This document shows positions 37,627-50,571 of a stretch of 64,000 bases of DNA, piece by piece. Under the pieces are notes generated by a model. That model was not told the origin of the DNA, did no database searches, and saw only the letters and a program-made list of their open reading frames with translations. Made by a program: the position numbers and the translations under genes. Position 1 is the stretch's first letter; each line of letters opens with the position of its first letter. Source of the stretch: Lytechinus pictus (taxonomy: Eukaryota); the NCBI RefSeq assembly GCF_037042905.1, contig NC_087245.1:18540001-18604000 (forward strand), given 5' to 3'.

Positions 37627-40600
37627 TTAGAGTGAAGCCTGAAGACAATGTGAGAAAGGTGACTAAGAATGAATTTCAAAACTACAAGACATCATTTGTG
37701 CACACACATTTAAACAAGATATACATGTACAGACATAAATACTTCATTCTTTCTTTATGTACTACATTTTGTCAATGTATTTCGCACCAACAATCCGTGA
37801 GGTATAAAGTAAGTTCATTGTCTCTCGCTTTTTTTTTCTTCATTAATGACGCTTTAATCATAGTTATCTGATAAAGAGAGATCTATGCATCACTGAAGGT
37901 TGCTCCAGATCGGTCAATTATGATCTCATGAAACCCTGATAACTTCCAACAAAAATGGAGGAGGGACTTTCAGACCTCCCTACCTTTCTAACAGAATAAT
38001 AAGGATGACTTTGCTAAAAAATAAGTAGGAAACAGCATTTCCCATGTTGTATTAAAACTTACCAAGACAAAGCGGAGAGTGGTACAGAATTAAGAGCTGA
38101 GAATTATTAAAATTCAGACAATTTTCTCCAATTTCAGAATGGAAGGGAGGTCTGGAACTTGTCGAAGCTTCATTGAGTTATCTGAAGCATGACCAAGCCC
38201 GTTAATGCACATGGCACAACTATTCCTCTTAATGTGCTATGTGCCAGTGGCAGATCGAGCTGGATTAGATGCAATGCCATTTCTTATTGTTTGTACACAA
38301 TGGTAGGCCCCTCCGAAGTATCATGTCTAATTCCGCTAGATACGCCAGTGCTATGTGCCGAGAAATTTTTGTGCTGGCTGTACAAAGTGGTGCGAGCGCT
38401 CTAATGTGCAGCATATCTTCTTGTTATACAAATCCATTTCCAATATATATATCTATTCTGAAAAAAATACACACATACAATGAGAAATAGAAAAAACATT
38501 GTAGAACAAGATCTACTGCCTTTGGATTGAAATGCAAAAATTATACAAAATTCTTCTATCAAAATCAAAATTAATTATTTCTTTTAAAGTCACAATGGAC
38601 ATGATAATGCATTCTGTAAGGTTAACCAAAACACAGGATTCAAATATTCCTTAAATAATGGCTGAGAGAATGAAATATGTAGGTGGTGGTGAATGGAGTA
38701 TTGTTGAGGTTTGATGAAAACTGCCATTTCCCACGATTTTACAGTATCTAAAAATTTTAATATAGAATACTGCCATTGCACATGGTCAGAGAATTAGATG
38801 TGATAGCGATATTCTTTTTTTTTTAATATTCCCATCACCTACCCCTTCCCCTAAAAAAACTTGGTTTTTGCAAGAGATGTGTTCAAAGAAATGAAAATCA
38901 TGTAAATATACCTTAATAATATCTTTTCAATGATTTCATCCACAAGGTTAGAAATTAAAAGACATATCATACTGTTGAGATAATTAATGTGTATTACCAA
39001 TAAAACATCTTTCAATAATCATTCCAAACTCTTCCTAAACAATCAACCAGAATTTCATGCAAACTCCAACATTCAGAGTACATTCAAGATATATCATTTA
39101 GTCACGCTGAGATAGATATTTAAAAAAAAAAATCAAAATTCTAATCAATGTCAATAAAATAAAAGCCACAATATTAAATCCCAAAATGGTATGCCTACTT
39201 TATAAGAAAATTTATAAGCATTGATTAAAATGATCAAGGCATACAGCTTCAAAACTAAAACAGCTTATCAACCGATAACAGTATAATCAATGTACACATT
39301 TTCAATCCTATGAATTGATATATATTGAAATTTCACACTCAAATGTGACCATTGGGCATCATCATTTAGGGAGACAATGAGTCTCATGAGATATTAGATT
39401 CCATCTGCATCAAACCCATAAAAAATATTAGATATACAGAAGGATGCATACTTGAGTTCAAAAAGAAAATGTTTAGATATGACTCCCTTTTACCTCCACC
39501 AGGTTTGTCACAGGATAATAGAAACAAAAATTGGTTATTTCAAATGTCAACTTTCCCATGACAATGTGTGCTGAGATTCTTAACATGATGCATTTTCATA
39601 ATTGTTCATGTGTCAACAAGAAAATTATTCAAATGAAAATTACAAATGAAACAGACAATATTGGGAGGGGCAAATAGGCCCCTCAATCGTTGCACAAACA
39701 CTCACAAACAATCAAATAACCAACATCGCATATCAGTAATTTATCTACTTGTGCTTACACACGCAACCACACACATTTTGTTTTTGTTTGAGTAGAAAAT
39801 CAAAAATAGAGAATTGTCTGTGTGTGGCTTCCTTTCCCAGTGACATAAGAGCTTTTGATATTGTGTGTATTACCAACAGTAGAATATAGATTAAGGCCCT
39901 TCATCACAAGCTACGCAAACTGATCATAAGAAAGATTTTCACAATTGATAGCATAGATCATTATGTGCAATCAATCATAGAAACCAACTTTAAAATCAAT
40001 TGCTTTGCTTAGTATTGTGGAGCCCAGATACAAGCAAGACTTGATCTCTTGTACTGACGGAAGCATTGCTGAAGTCCTACTTTCATATAAAGCCAAGCCA
40101 ATATTGCCTTGTACAGCCCCTTGATGATACACTGCCGTTAGCAAATACAGCATCTTGTACACCAACATGTCCAACATGCATGTATTGCTAATAATCAGAA
40201 CTTACACTAAGTCCTAACAAGCCAACCCCTAAAAGAGAAAGGTTATCCCTTTACAAGAACATGCAAAGCTCTGCGATACCATTATAAGCAAGCATGAAGA
40301 CCTAAGAGTCAGATTTTTTCATCAATCGCCTAACACGACATATGCCTCAGCTTTACATGAATACTCGACTGTAGGATTTTTTCATTAATATGTACGGAGG
40401 GGGATAAAATAACATCCTTTTCAAGTTGAATGGGTGTGGTCGTCAAAAGAGGGTGTGGTGAAAAGAATGAATACTTCTACATGGTTCTAACAGGAAGATT
40501 AATTCAAAAGATTCTGATGAAAAGTAAACATCCTTCTCGTGTAAAATGGGTGTGGCATCCTTGATTAGTGACGTCTCCATAAGGTTTCAATAGGAAGATA

Positions 40601-40804
40601 ACTTCAAAAATTTTTACTTCTCACTATGACCCCTTTCAGCCTTAGTATGAAAACGACTTGATTTTGTGCTTCCGAGTACAAGTATTTCACAAACACGTCT
40701 TTAAAGGTATTCACATGATGTGCAAATGCAAAATTATGATGACATTTAAATACCAAAAGCTATGAATAATCAAAAATAGTTTGGATCAAGGTATCATTTT
40801 CAGG

Positions 40805-41315
40805 TAAAGTCCCCAGTTTCCACTCTTTTTAAAAAGCAAATTCTGTATTTTCCTCAGTGTTCTAAAATTCAAATTCTGTTTCTTTGGTGACGCAAAACGG
40901 ATGACAAAGTAAATTTAAACAGTAAAATCTGTTTAGAAAACATAACCTACATACCGCAATACAAGTGCAGATGCAACCCTCACTTCACGATTGCACCCTT
41001 AACAATCCAAAAACAGGTTTTATTGAAATTATTATTACAATTAGGCATGCTTGTGTTTTAATGGATTTAGCTGCATTACGGATATCTTTTGCAGGGATGC
41101 CTTTCTTGTAAACAAAATTGCAGTATGATTTTTTTATTACAGTAGATGGGACAATATCATTAAGAAACCTGCAGTATTTTTGTTTAAATCAAAAGCCAGA
41201 ACAAAACACTGAAGAAAAAAGAAAACAATTGACATACATGTAACTATCAGTATATGTGAAATTTCAAGAAATTTTGCTTTTCAGTTTTCTGTATTACTGA
41301 AAACTGGGGACTTTA
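40805..41315. mobile_element. Old MITE
   Basis: TAAAGTCCCCAGTTT ... AAACTGGGGACTTTA inverted termini. Confidence 0.55.
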
Positions 41316-42222
41316 GTTTGAGTGTTCCTTGTGTCAAGACTAATCATTTTGAAGCATTCTGTACTTTAATCATTTCAAAATACTCACAAACAAGAAAAAA
41401 AATCACAACAGATATTCAATGTCAAACTTTTATAATATGAATTCATAATGCTGATATTTGCAGGTATTGAAATCAGATCAGTCAGTAATGTGGAAAACAA
41501 ACCAATCAAGCACTAAAAATAATTATAATTACAGATGAGAAAATTTCTAAGATGTATTTTAAAACACAATCCCTTTAGATTTTCAATACCAGTTAAATTC
41601 AATACTTCTGATGTGGTGCTCAAAGTACTTTTTTTTTCAATCCATGTATGTGTGATTATCCAAGATTGTGGGCTCTTTTTTTCAAGACAGTATTACACCA
41701 TTATCATTCAATTTATATTTTGACAGAAAAAAAAGAATAAATTTAAATACCTCTCCCTCAGCATTATTATTACAAATCAATTATTCCTGTCAAAGGTAAA
41801 TGGGGGAGGGGGGTTACCCCTTTTATTACACCTCTTAGAGGTCACAAAATAATTCATCATAAACTATTTGATCTCATTGTAGGAAATTCCAGAATTAGAA
41901 ATTCATTGTGTTTGGGCACTAGTACACACTTAATACTATATTTCATAAATGCCTCTTTTGTCATTAAATTGTTTTGCATCAATTGATAATGGTGCATTGC
42001 TTTTCATGAAAAAATAATGAACTCATTATTTGTTTCCATTCCAGAACCCATTGCCGTGTGTATTGCTAGTTCAAAAATTCTAGTCAATCGGGTATTTCCT
42101 ACTGCTACAAAATATATGTCTATCAACAAAATATTGTTAGTATATCATGTTATCCTTTGGAGGGTTGAATGAAGGAAGGATGAAGGACTAAATAAGGAGG
42201 AATTGGAGATGGAAGGGTCCAT

Positions 42223-42337
42223 TTACATCAGGCAGCAGCTTTCTCCCTTGCTACCATTCTTGGCTTTCAAGCGAAGACGAGGCTTGTAGCGCTCCAAGAA
42301 GTGAAGCTGTTTGGCATTGATGGCACCACGACGCTTC
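42223..42337 (-). CDS. PTP4A1: PRL phosphatase (PTP type IVA), last coding exon
   Basis: (E)KRRGAINAKQLHFLERYKPRLRLKAKNGSKGESCCLM*; polybasic region plus CAAX box. Confidence 0.95.
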
Positions 42338-42820
42338 CTGAATGCAAACAAGAAAGTTTGATACATATATCAAAGATTATTAAATGAGAATGAAAACAAA
42401 AATTATTCAAATTTTTGGAATTTGAGTTGTACTAAAATATTCCATAAAAGAAGATTTGATTGCACTCATAATTTACTTGTTGGTATAATATATCATACAT
42501 TGCTACATTTCATAAGAAAGATGAATTTCTTGGTACATTCTGGTTTAAATAATATTTATGTCACTCTATAAAACAAACAGATAATGATTTTTATTTTTTG
42601 TTACTTTTCTGTCAACTGCCTCTTTTCTAAACTCTTTGCTTTTTGGAACATGGGTAAATGATTTCTTCAAAACTGTCTTCAACAGCAAATTGTAAGGAAC
42701 TGTTATATGCTCCTGATATTGTGCATTTAATTGGGTAAGACTATACTTAAACATCAGACTTGTCCATTTCTTGATTTTCCTTGATTTTTTTTGTTTTATC
42801 AAATAATGTCCTCAACTTAC

Positions 42821-43026
42821 TCTCGTACAAACGCTACAGCATCCTCGTATGACATGCCAGCTTCCATCAGGGCCAAGGCGACCATGAGAGGAGCTCGGCC
42901 TAGCCCAGCCACGCAGTGCACAGCCACGCAGCTCTTGGGCGTTTCCTTGAAGCGCATCTTCAGGAGGGCCAGCCACTGATCAATGATCTCGGACGATGGG
43001 ACGCCTCCGTCATCAAAGGCCATATC
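42821..43026 (-). CDS. PTP4A1: PRL phosphatase, catalytic exon
   Basis: [10 protein letters not shown]...[17 protein letters not shown]-specific P-loop; CAG acceptor, GTAAGT donor. Confidence 0.95.
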
Positions 43027-43495
43027 CTGTTGACGGCAAGGGGGATAGGAGGAAAGAACCATGTTTTACTTTCTGCTATTAGATGAATCATGTACTGTTA
43101 TTTGAATTACAGTACAAACAGCTGTACAGCAAGATGGTCAAATTGAAGTTGTCAGGGGAGTGTTTCATGAAAGGACTTGCCGGACGTTTTATCATACAGT
43201 TACCATAGTAACAGAGCTTCTTAGCCAATCAAAGAAAGCTGCCAGATCTGACAACTTGTCAGAAAAAAATGTTGAAACTCTCCCCAAGCGTAAAAAGCCA
43301 ATTCAGATCTCTGAGCAATTAAAATAGTGTGTAATGGCAAGTCTAGTATCCCCATAAACGGAACCTGTACCCTATGTTTCTTCCTCACTTCTCTATTTCA
43401 TAAATTGTCGGCAGTGAAACGGTGCTAAATTTTCTACCGCTACAAACAGAATTATTGCTCCAGCTTTTCTTTGGTAATAAAAGTTAACATCTTAA

Positions 43496-44260
43496 CCCTA
43501 ACTCTCCCGGGGTATTTTTATTCTTGTCATTCCGGGGGGGGGGGCATTATGGCATTATGGCCCCCCCCCCTTAAGATCTCAGCCATCACAACGAAAATTT
43601 GCATGATGGTAGAGAATGACGTAATCTACGCAGTTGCATTGGTAAATTTCACTGAATTCATATATTTTTATTTATATGAATTAATCACGCTAATTTATTC
43701 ATGAAATCATACTTTTTGCTCTCATTCACTAAATAAAGCTCCTAAAATGCTATTTTTTTGTGAAAATATTCTTTATAGCATTCCTAACAATTGTGAATGA
43801 AAAAAATTCTGGTACCAAGACCGACTTCTTATGTATTTTGTTTTTTTAATTTCTTATGTATTTCTTTGTTTTTTTTACTTTTTGTTTTTTTATTGTTTTT
43901 TCGATGGAAATCGTTCCAGACTTAATTCTGATCATAAACAAGGCAAAATTGATTAAGTTTAATCAGTAAAAGTAGAAATAATGATACATTTATAAATTTT
44001 GGCTAATACACAATCTGCATTGGATTTGTACATGAAATCACGTTTATGAGCAATTTGGGGTCTGACATGCACATACATAATGTTGCGTAATGTCGTAACC
44101 GCGTACCCGGGCGTCACAAATTTGGTCTCAAAATTTGCGCGAGACTTGAAAGTAAAAAGTCAGTGAGCGGCGAGGTCAACAAATTTTGCGCAGCAGATGT
44201 ATCGCGAAAATTGTAGAGGGGGGGCCATTATGCCCCCCCCCCCCCCCGAGAGAATTAGGG
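43496..44260. mobile_element. piggyBac-like non-autonomous element; relative at ~51150-51810 in reverse orientation
   Basis: TTAA|CCCTAACTCTC ... GAGAATTAGGG|TTAA. Confidence 0.8.
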
Positions 44261-45034
44261 TTAAACTAACCTAACCAGGTTGAGAATGCATTATTCAGAG
44301 GTTTATTACGATATTATTACGATAATTAACTGTTTCACAGCACACAGTTATCATAAAAATATCTCTATTCGCTTTAATTTGTTTACGGAAGATAAATACA
44401 GAACACGATCCAGAGAAGGTAAACATCCTTTACTTGTTCCCCATAATTTCCTTTTATTAGTCTAGAGTGCATGAAGTGTACATTGTGCATGTATTTTATA
44501 TTGCTTTCTATAACAGGAAATAACCTTCTTATATCACGTGTATCAAGAGGTTAACAAGTATTAGAGTCGAAAGGTGTATCTGAACTCTTGGTTCCATTAT
44601 CAAACAGCAAACTAATGTTTAAAAAAAGTCAATTTCAAACTTGCCAAGAATAAGAAAGTTATTTTTTTCAGGACATTAAGTTTCTAACCATGGTTTTAAC
44701 AACATTTTATGCATCTAGACAGATTTCCATTAAAATAACTCTAAGAACATAGATATGTGTAGGCGAGAGTCCTTTCCTTTCCCCACAATTATAGGGACAG
44801 TCCCTTCTATATGGCAGGTATGCATTGCAATTAGTCTGCAGGCACAGACCCTAATTGGCATTGTAAACCAAGCCGGTTCATTATATAAGTCGCAAGTACC
44901 AACTTGCATGCTACAGTACACCATTCCCATTAACAGTTGGTAGTCTGAAAATGCAGACCACTATAGCATGTTTGCCAACTTGGGGTTTGGGCCTGCAAAC
45001 TATATTGCACACATGCTGGTCTTATAGTACTTAC

Positions 45035-45127
45035 CATGACCTCAATGTCTTCTTGCTTCAGGACAGCTGCGTCATACGTAGGCTCGCAAACTCTCACAAC
45101 CTCCTTGATCTGACGCTGTTTCAGCTC
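45035..45127 (-). CDS. PTP4A1: PRL phosphatase, coding exon 2
   Basis: ELKQRQIKEVVRVCEPTYDAAVLKQEDIEVM; conserved VRVCE.TY motif. Confidence 0.95.
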
Positions 45128-46135
45128 CTGCAAAAAAGAAAGTGGAAAAGGGGTGAAATATCATGTTGGGTTTATGAAGGCACCTAGCCTGGTGCCCTGT
45201 GGTAATCCCCATTGTCCCATTGAAAAGTAAATTTTACTAGTTATGCCCTTTTGTGATTAATTAAAAAACGGCCTTGTCCTTTTGAGTTCTTAATTTGAGC
45301 CCTGTATGGCTGTATGAATAAAAACATCTTCTCCAAAACTCAAACAAACCACCACAAATCATCTTCTGTTGCAGATCTTCTTCACAGGTTTTGATTTTGT
45401 ATTTTGATTATTCCATGTTACTTTAATGTCATATAGCTCCTTTGGAAGTTCTAAATTTGAATGAAAATACAAACAAAACCAATCAATCATAAAAATTTAC
45501 TGTACTACTAAAAGGGTTTAGTATACATGTAAATACATTAGTACATTCTGTCTTGCAGACAGAATGGGTTAAAAACCTAGACAAACAAACTCTGTTTCAG
45601 TCGACATGACTTAAAAGCATAAATCAGAACATTTGTATTAGAATTCATATACTGCTACTAATTGCTGCACTCAGACAGCTATTTTCAACTCTCCATCTAT
45701 CACGTACACACTTTAGTATTTGATTACAAAAATAATCTGCACTTAGCTGACAAACATCTTAAGCACATGAACAATGTACAAATAATCAGACAAATTATAA
45801 CTGTAATTGTCATTTCAGTTCACCATTTCCCTCAGCTTGTACTCTGTTTATCATGTACAGGCACAGACACTAATCTAAATTTGAAACTCTTAAGTCTATA
45901 ACATACTACATTTATTTGTCTACAATACTCATTTTTCACAAATGAGTTCCCTGTATATTATTTTGGAAACATTTTTTTTTCTTTTCTGCTGTTGAAAATT
46001 ACATCAATAAGGATTAATTGAAAGATTGCATGAATTGTTTCAGTTTGAAAACCTTAAAAACATAATTATGAGCAAAAATATGTCACTTGAAAACCATCTT
46101 GCTATTTTTTTAATGGTTCAGAACTTCAGATTTAC

Positions 46136-46261
46136 CTTGATGAAATGCTCCATGCCATTCTTATCTGGGTTATGGATGATGAGGAATCTCATGTGCTTGT
46201 GTACAATCTCCACAGGAGCAGGACGTACGCTCCGAATAGAACTCATGTTTTGGTTCTTCAT
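46136..46261 (-). CDS. PTP4A1: PRL phosphatase, coding exon 1 (alternative ATG at 46246)
   Basis: MKNQNMSSIRSVRPAPVEIVHKHMRFLIIHNPDKNGMEHFIK; RPAPVE...MRFLI.HNP motif; AAG|GTAAAT donor. Confidence 0.92.
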
Positions 46262-46595
46262 GGATGGACGACAGTAGAAAGAAAAGGTGCCCTTCCTAAG
46301 GTGGACAAGGAATCTCTTCTGGAAGATCTTGCTGGTCTTATTCCCCTTGGCTCTGTCAGTCCAACTCCACGTCTGAATTGAGAAATACCTCAAAATTCTT
46401 TCTTACTTGTCCGGGTTAATGCTTTGTTGGAGGGGGATGGGGCCAGTGACCGGTTCAATGATAAAATCGTAGCAAAATGAAGTTGATTGGTGAGATGGAA
46501 AGAATGGGAGACAACTCTGAGAAAAGGTTATGAGGATTTTATACAAAAAAAAGAGAACTTAAGGCTACCACGGGGAAAGGGAGGTCCTGCGCTGA

Positions 46596-46751
46596 TTACC
46601 GTGCAGGTCTTCTGACTCTCACACACCTTGGAGGCACCTGCCAGTGCAGTTGGCTCTCGCACACCCGGTCCACCTGAACTTTACCCCATTCGTGGGTCTG
46701 TCCGCGGCAGTGTCGGCAAGCACACGCCGAAGCAACGTGAACGCACCACAT
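46596..46751 (-). CDS. Candidate uORF peptide (51 aa, Cys/His-rich) in the PTP4A leader
   Basis: MWCVHVASACACRHCRGQTHEWGKVQVDRVCESQLHWQVPPRCVRVRRPAR*; GC- and CpG-rich relative to flanks. Confidence 0.45.
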   Translation of the reverse strand: MWCVHVASACACRHCRGQTHEWGKVQVDRVCESQLHWQVPPRCVRVRRPAR

Positions 46752-46987
46752 AGGCGTAGGAATTGCACGTGTAGTTCACACCCCTGATGCCGGGGGCTAA
46801 AAAATTTGAGATTGCGGGGATGAGATCCAACGAACAACCAATCCAACTTGTAGCTCTCTCATGCAAAGAGCCTTTTGGTCTGCTTGGCAGGTGAATGAAG
46901 TACTCTTTGAGTTTGATTTCGCTCTGAGCGAAGAGGCAAGGATAGTTAGTACTTGACAAAAAAGTATTTCTTGATGCTGACAACAAT

Positions 46988-47038
46988 TTATTTGTGTTGA
47001 CTTTGGCAGTATTCTCCAGAGTCCAAAACAGACGCCAT
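46988..47038 (-). CDS. Candidate uORF (16 aa) near the start of the PTP4A leader exon
   Basis: MASVLDSGEYCQSQHK*; first ATG after the strong acceptor at 47066-47068. Confidence 0.45.
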   Translation of the reverse strand: MASVLDSGEYCQSQHK

Positions 47039-48811
47039 AAATGCTTGGTTTAAAATAGCTGAATCCTGAAGAAAGAAAAAGAGAAAATGAAGAGGATGTT
47101 AAATCATGCCACATTTTTTTACCTGAATTAACTTTAATAATCATGCTAAACATACAAAAAAACCAATAACTTTCACAATTCAAACTATACTTTATCAAAA
47201 GAGGATATCAAAAGTATAAGTTACATTTTTTAAGAACGTTTTGATGGCTTCCATTTGATTATTTCATATGTAAGGTTCCTTACATACAAACTCCACATTA
47301 TATTACTCGACTATCAATATTACATGTGTATCAACCCTAAAAAAAATGTATTATCTGCATTTAATAGCAACAGAGTAATGCAACATTACACACAGGACTG
47401 GGTTGGCAGATGATGTCATGAATGAATATGCTGGCAAAAGACAAAAGTAGACGAGGATAACTGCCAAAAGAGCCCCCTAGCTAAACCGACATCCGGCCAT
47501 GGGCGAACAACAGGTCACGAATGAGAAGTTTTCAATTTCCTTTGCCAACCACGCTTTCCCCTCCCTTTCTGGATAAAACTATTAGTGAAAGCTTGAACAA
47601 AAGAATCTCGACTAATTTGTAATTTTTTACAAGTGATCCCATAGGATATGCATATACATACATGTAGGATATGAGTAAATTCCAACAAATTCAGTCGTTT
47701 TCAATTTTGTACCCTTTGGCACACTTTTGAAGTTATTTCATGAGTCATCCACAAACTGTACATTACTTCAACCCTAGTTTTGAGGACAATTTCATAGTAC
47801 ATGTACATGTAAAGTTTTTTAGCTAATGCTGAATTTTTGTAATGAACAATTATTTGAAAAGGCCTTTTTTCTTAAACTGAATCTGTCTCTTTCACTTCTA
47901 AAGATAGAAAGAGTGTAAAACTAATTGAGTGTTGAAGGCATGTGAAATAGCAATGTTCAACTCCACCTTTCTGAACTGTGGTGTGGAACCAGTAATGTTT
48001 CATGTATGAAATGTAATCTTGTAAAAAAAAAGATGTGAGAGAGTGAGGCAAGTGAGCAAAATTCTATGATTTCTATCCTTGATAATACAAAAATATAATT
48101 TTTGACAGATTTTAACATACCGTACATGTACCATATTCAGAAATAAATATCATATTCTCCCATTTTCCTTTCCTCCTTCTCAACTCTTTTTTTTAGACAA
48201 GAAAATTTTGGGGTGGTCCACGGCCCCCAATCCACATCTGTACGCCAGTGGCCTACTGTACATGTTGGCCTACTGTACAGGATTTGGTATTGAAGTGCAA
48301 CACACACTACTTGACATTACAAATTCCTAATTGTTAACACATAAAAACCATTATCTCCTTCCTTCACCCTTGGAGCTTCAGGAAACTTGATCAACAGCAG
48401 ACTCTCACAGTTGTCCCACTTAAAGCCTATGACTTGCTTTCCTTCTTTGAACTCTGTATGACCTTTATACAGACAGACTTGGAGTAATCTAATACCCCCC
48501 TTCCATCCAGAACAAAGGTGGTTTATCCCCTGTACACTACAGTATACGGAACACAGGGTGTAGTGAGGCACACATGATTATAGTCTTATGTACAACTATT
48601 ATTTGTTCCATACATTCAGTTGACTATCATAGATCTGAAGAATTCTAAACTTAGCACCATGGCAAAGAGCTACAGTACACAGTATGTGTGCAGTACACAA
48701 TACACATCATACATGTACAAGTACATCATACTGTACAGTATCATTTATGTGCAGGGTATATGTTTATGGGCATGTACATGGGTATTGACTTCCAATGTAC
48801 ATGTACATGTA

Positions 48812-49673
48812 GGGGAAGGCGGGGTAAGTTGTGACACTTTTTGCATTTTGCATGTTACAATTGATATGACTAATAATATTGTAGAAATAAGTACCTAGCC
48901 TTTAGATTTGATTCTTGGGAAATATTTTTTACCTATATAAAACTTTCTACCCCCACACTGAAAGTCATTGTGACCTTTGAAAAAAACGATGTCAACTTGC
49001 CCCATCTATGGGGTCAATTGTGCCACCTTCTGGGGGTAAGTTGAGCCACAAAAACTATGTACAAAATGTATGCGGGAAGAGCCATCATGTCAATTTTTTA
49101 TTTTAAGTCTTTTCACTTGTTAGTTCTCTATAAATACTAACATCCTCTAAAAGTAAAAGAATTGTCATGTGAATTTGCTCCTTTCTGCCTGCATATTAAT
49201 GGCTTTTTAAGGTTTTTTTAATTATTATTATACATTACCATATAAGAATTACTATGGCTCAACTTGCCCCATGTTGGCTGGCTCAAATTACCCCAGTCCG
49301 AACTTAATGCGATATTTTCACATCCACACATTTCTTATGCATCCATCATCTAAAAGACTATGACAAGAATGAGAATCCATACCTGGACTAACAATATTGT
49401 TCTTATTTCTTTATTATCTTCAAAGACATGTGCAGGTACATGTAAAAAGCATTTATCTATTTCACACCCTTTTTTACCTTTTTTTGCGGAAAATTGTATT
49501 TTTCCCTCTAAAAAAATTACATTTTGTTTCAAAGTTGAAAACAATGTGGTAGGGTTAAGGGTTATGTAATGGGTCATCAATACATGACACCACCACAATG
49601 TCTGACTCATTCATTATTGGCCTAGGGGTGGTGGCTCAACTTGCCCCTATGCTCAACTTACCCCGCCTTCCCC
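48812..49673. mobile_element. TA-flanked GGGG...CCCC MITE
   Basis: TA|GGGGAAGGCGGGGTAAGTTG ... CAACTTACCCCGCCTTCCCC|TA. Confidence 0.85.
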
Positions 49674-49913
49674 TACATGTACATGTACAGTTGTACATGT
49701 ACATATACATTACATACATGTAGGCCTTTACATGTACAATGTATATCTACACTATACACTGCAAAGAATACTAGTACTGTAAACCAAGTTGTTTATAAAT
49801 TTCATATACCGGTGGTGAGGTGAGGTAAGACCATAATTGACTGCCCCCCACCCCCCTGGGACAATAATCAGGCCTGACTGTACAGCATCACTCAAACTCA
49901 TATAATTTTGATC

Positions 49914-50485
49914 CCCGGGGGGGCCACTTACATTGACGAGTGGATACCATGCGCGACCAAAAAAACACGTAAAAAGGATGTCTTTTTCACGATAGGGCAC
50001 GTTACGTACGTAACGTGATAAGGGTGTCAAAAACACAAAAATAATGAAAAAAGGGTATCTATTTCGCTAGGAAAATTACGTGTTTAGGGTCGAATTCGTG
50101 GGGATTATAAAACAAAATTAAAATTTTTTATAAAGGATGCGGGAAAGGATGTCCTTTTTGCCCCAACACTTCGTGTTTAGAGTCCGATTTGCGCGAGGTG
50201 TAGGTGGGGTCGTACTAAATCAAATAAGGTAAAGCCGACGACCGAGGGACCCGTAACAATAAAACATTCCTGTACTTGTTTAGGGGTTCATTTCAGGGAA
50301 CATTTGCCAAGAGTATCGTTTTGTTTCCAATACTTGTTAAGGGTAGGGTTTCACACGCCAATACTTGTTAAGGGGTGCATTTTCAGAATATGGAAATTAC
50401 GTGTTTAGGGTGCTTTTCGAGACCCCATGGTCGCGCATGGTATCCACTCGTGAATGGAAGTGGCCCCCCCCCCCCCCCCCCCGGG
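49914..50485 (-). mobile_element. hAT-type MITE family A, copy 2 (inverted)
   Basis: Same TIRs and body as 3087-3679; 8-bp TSD TTTTGATC. Confidence 0.9.
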
Positions 50486-50571
50486 TTTTGATCATAAAAA
50501 TATAGGCCTATGTCTGCTGTACTTCAAGTACAGCCACTTGGATGACAGCATATTTTGATCTTCAGACAGTA

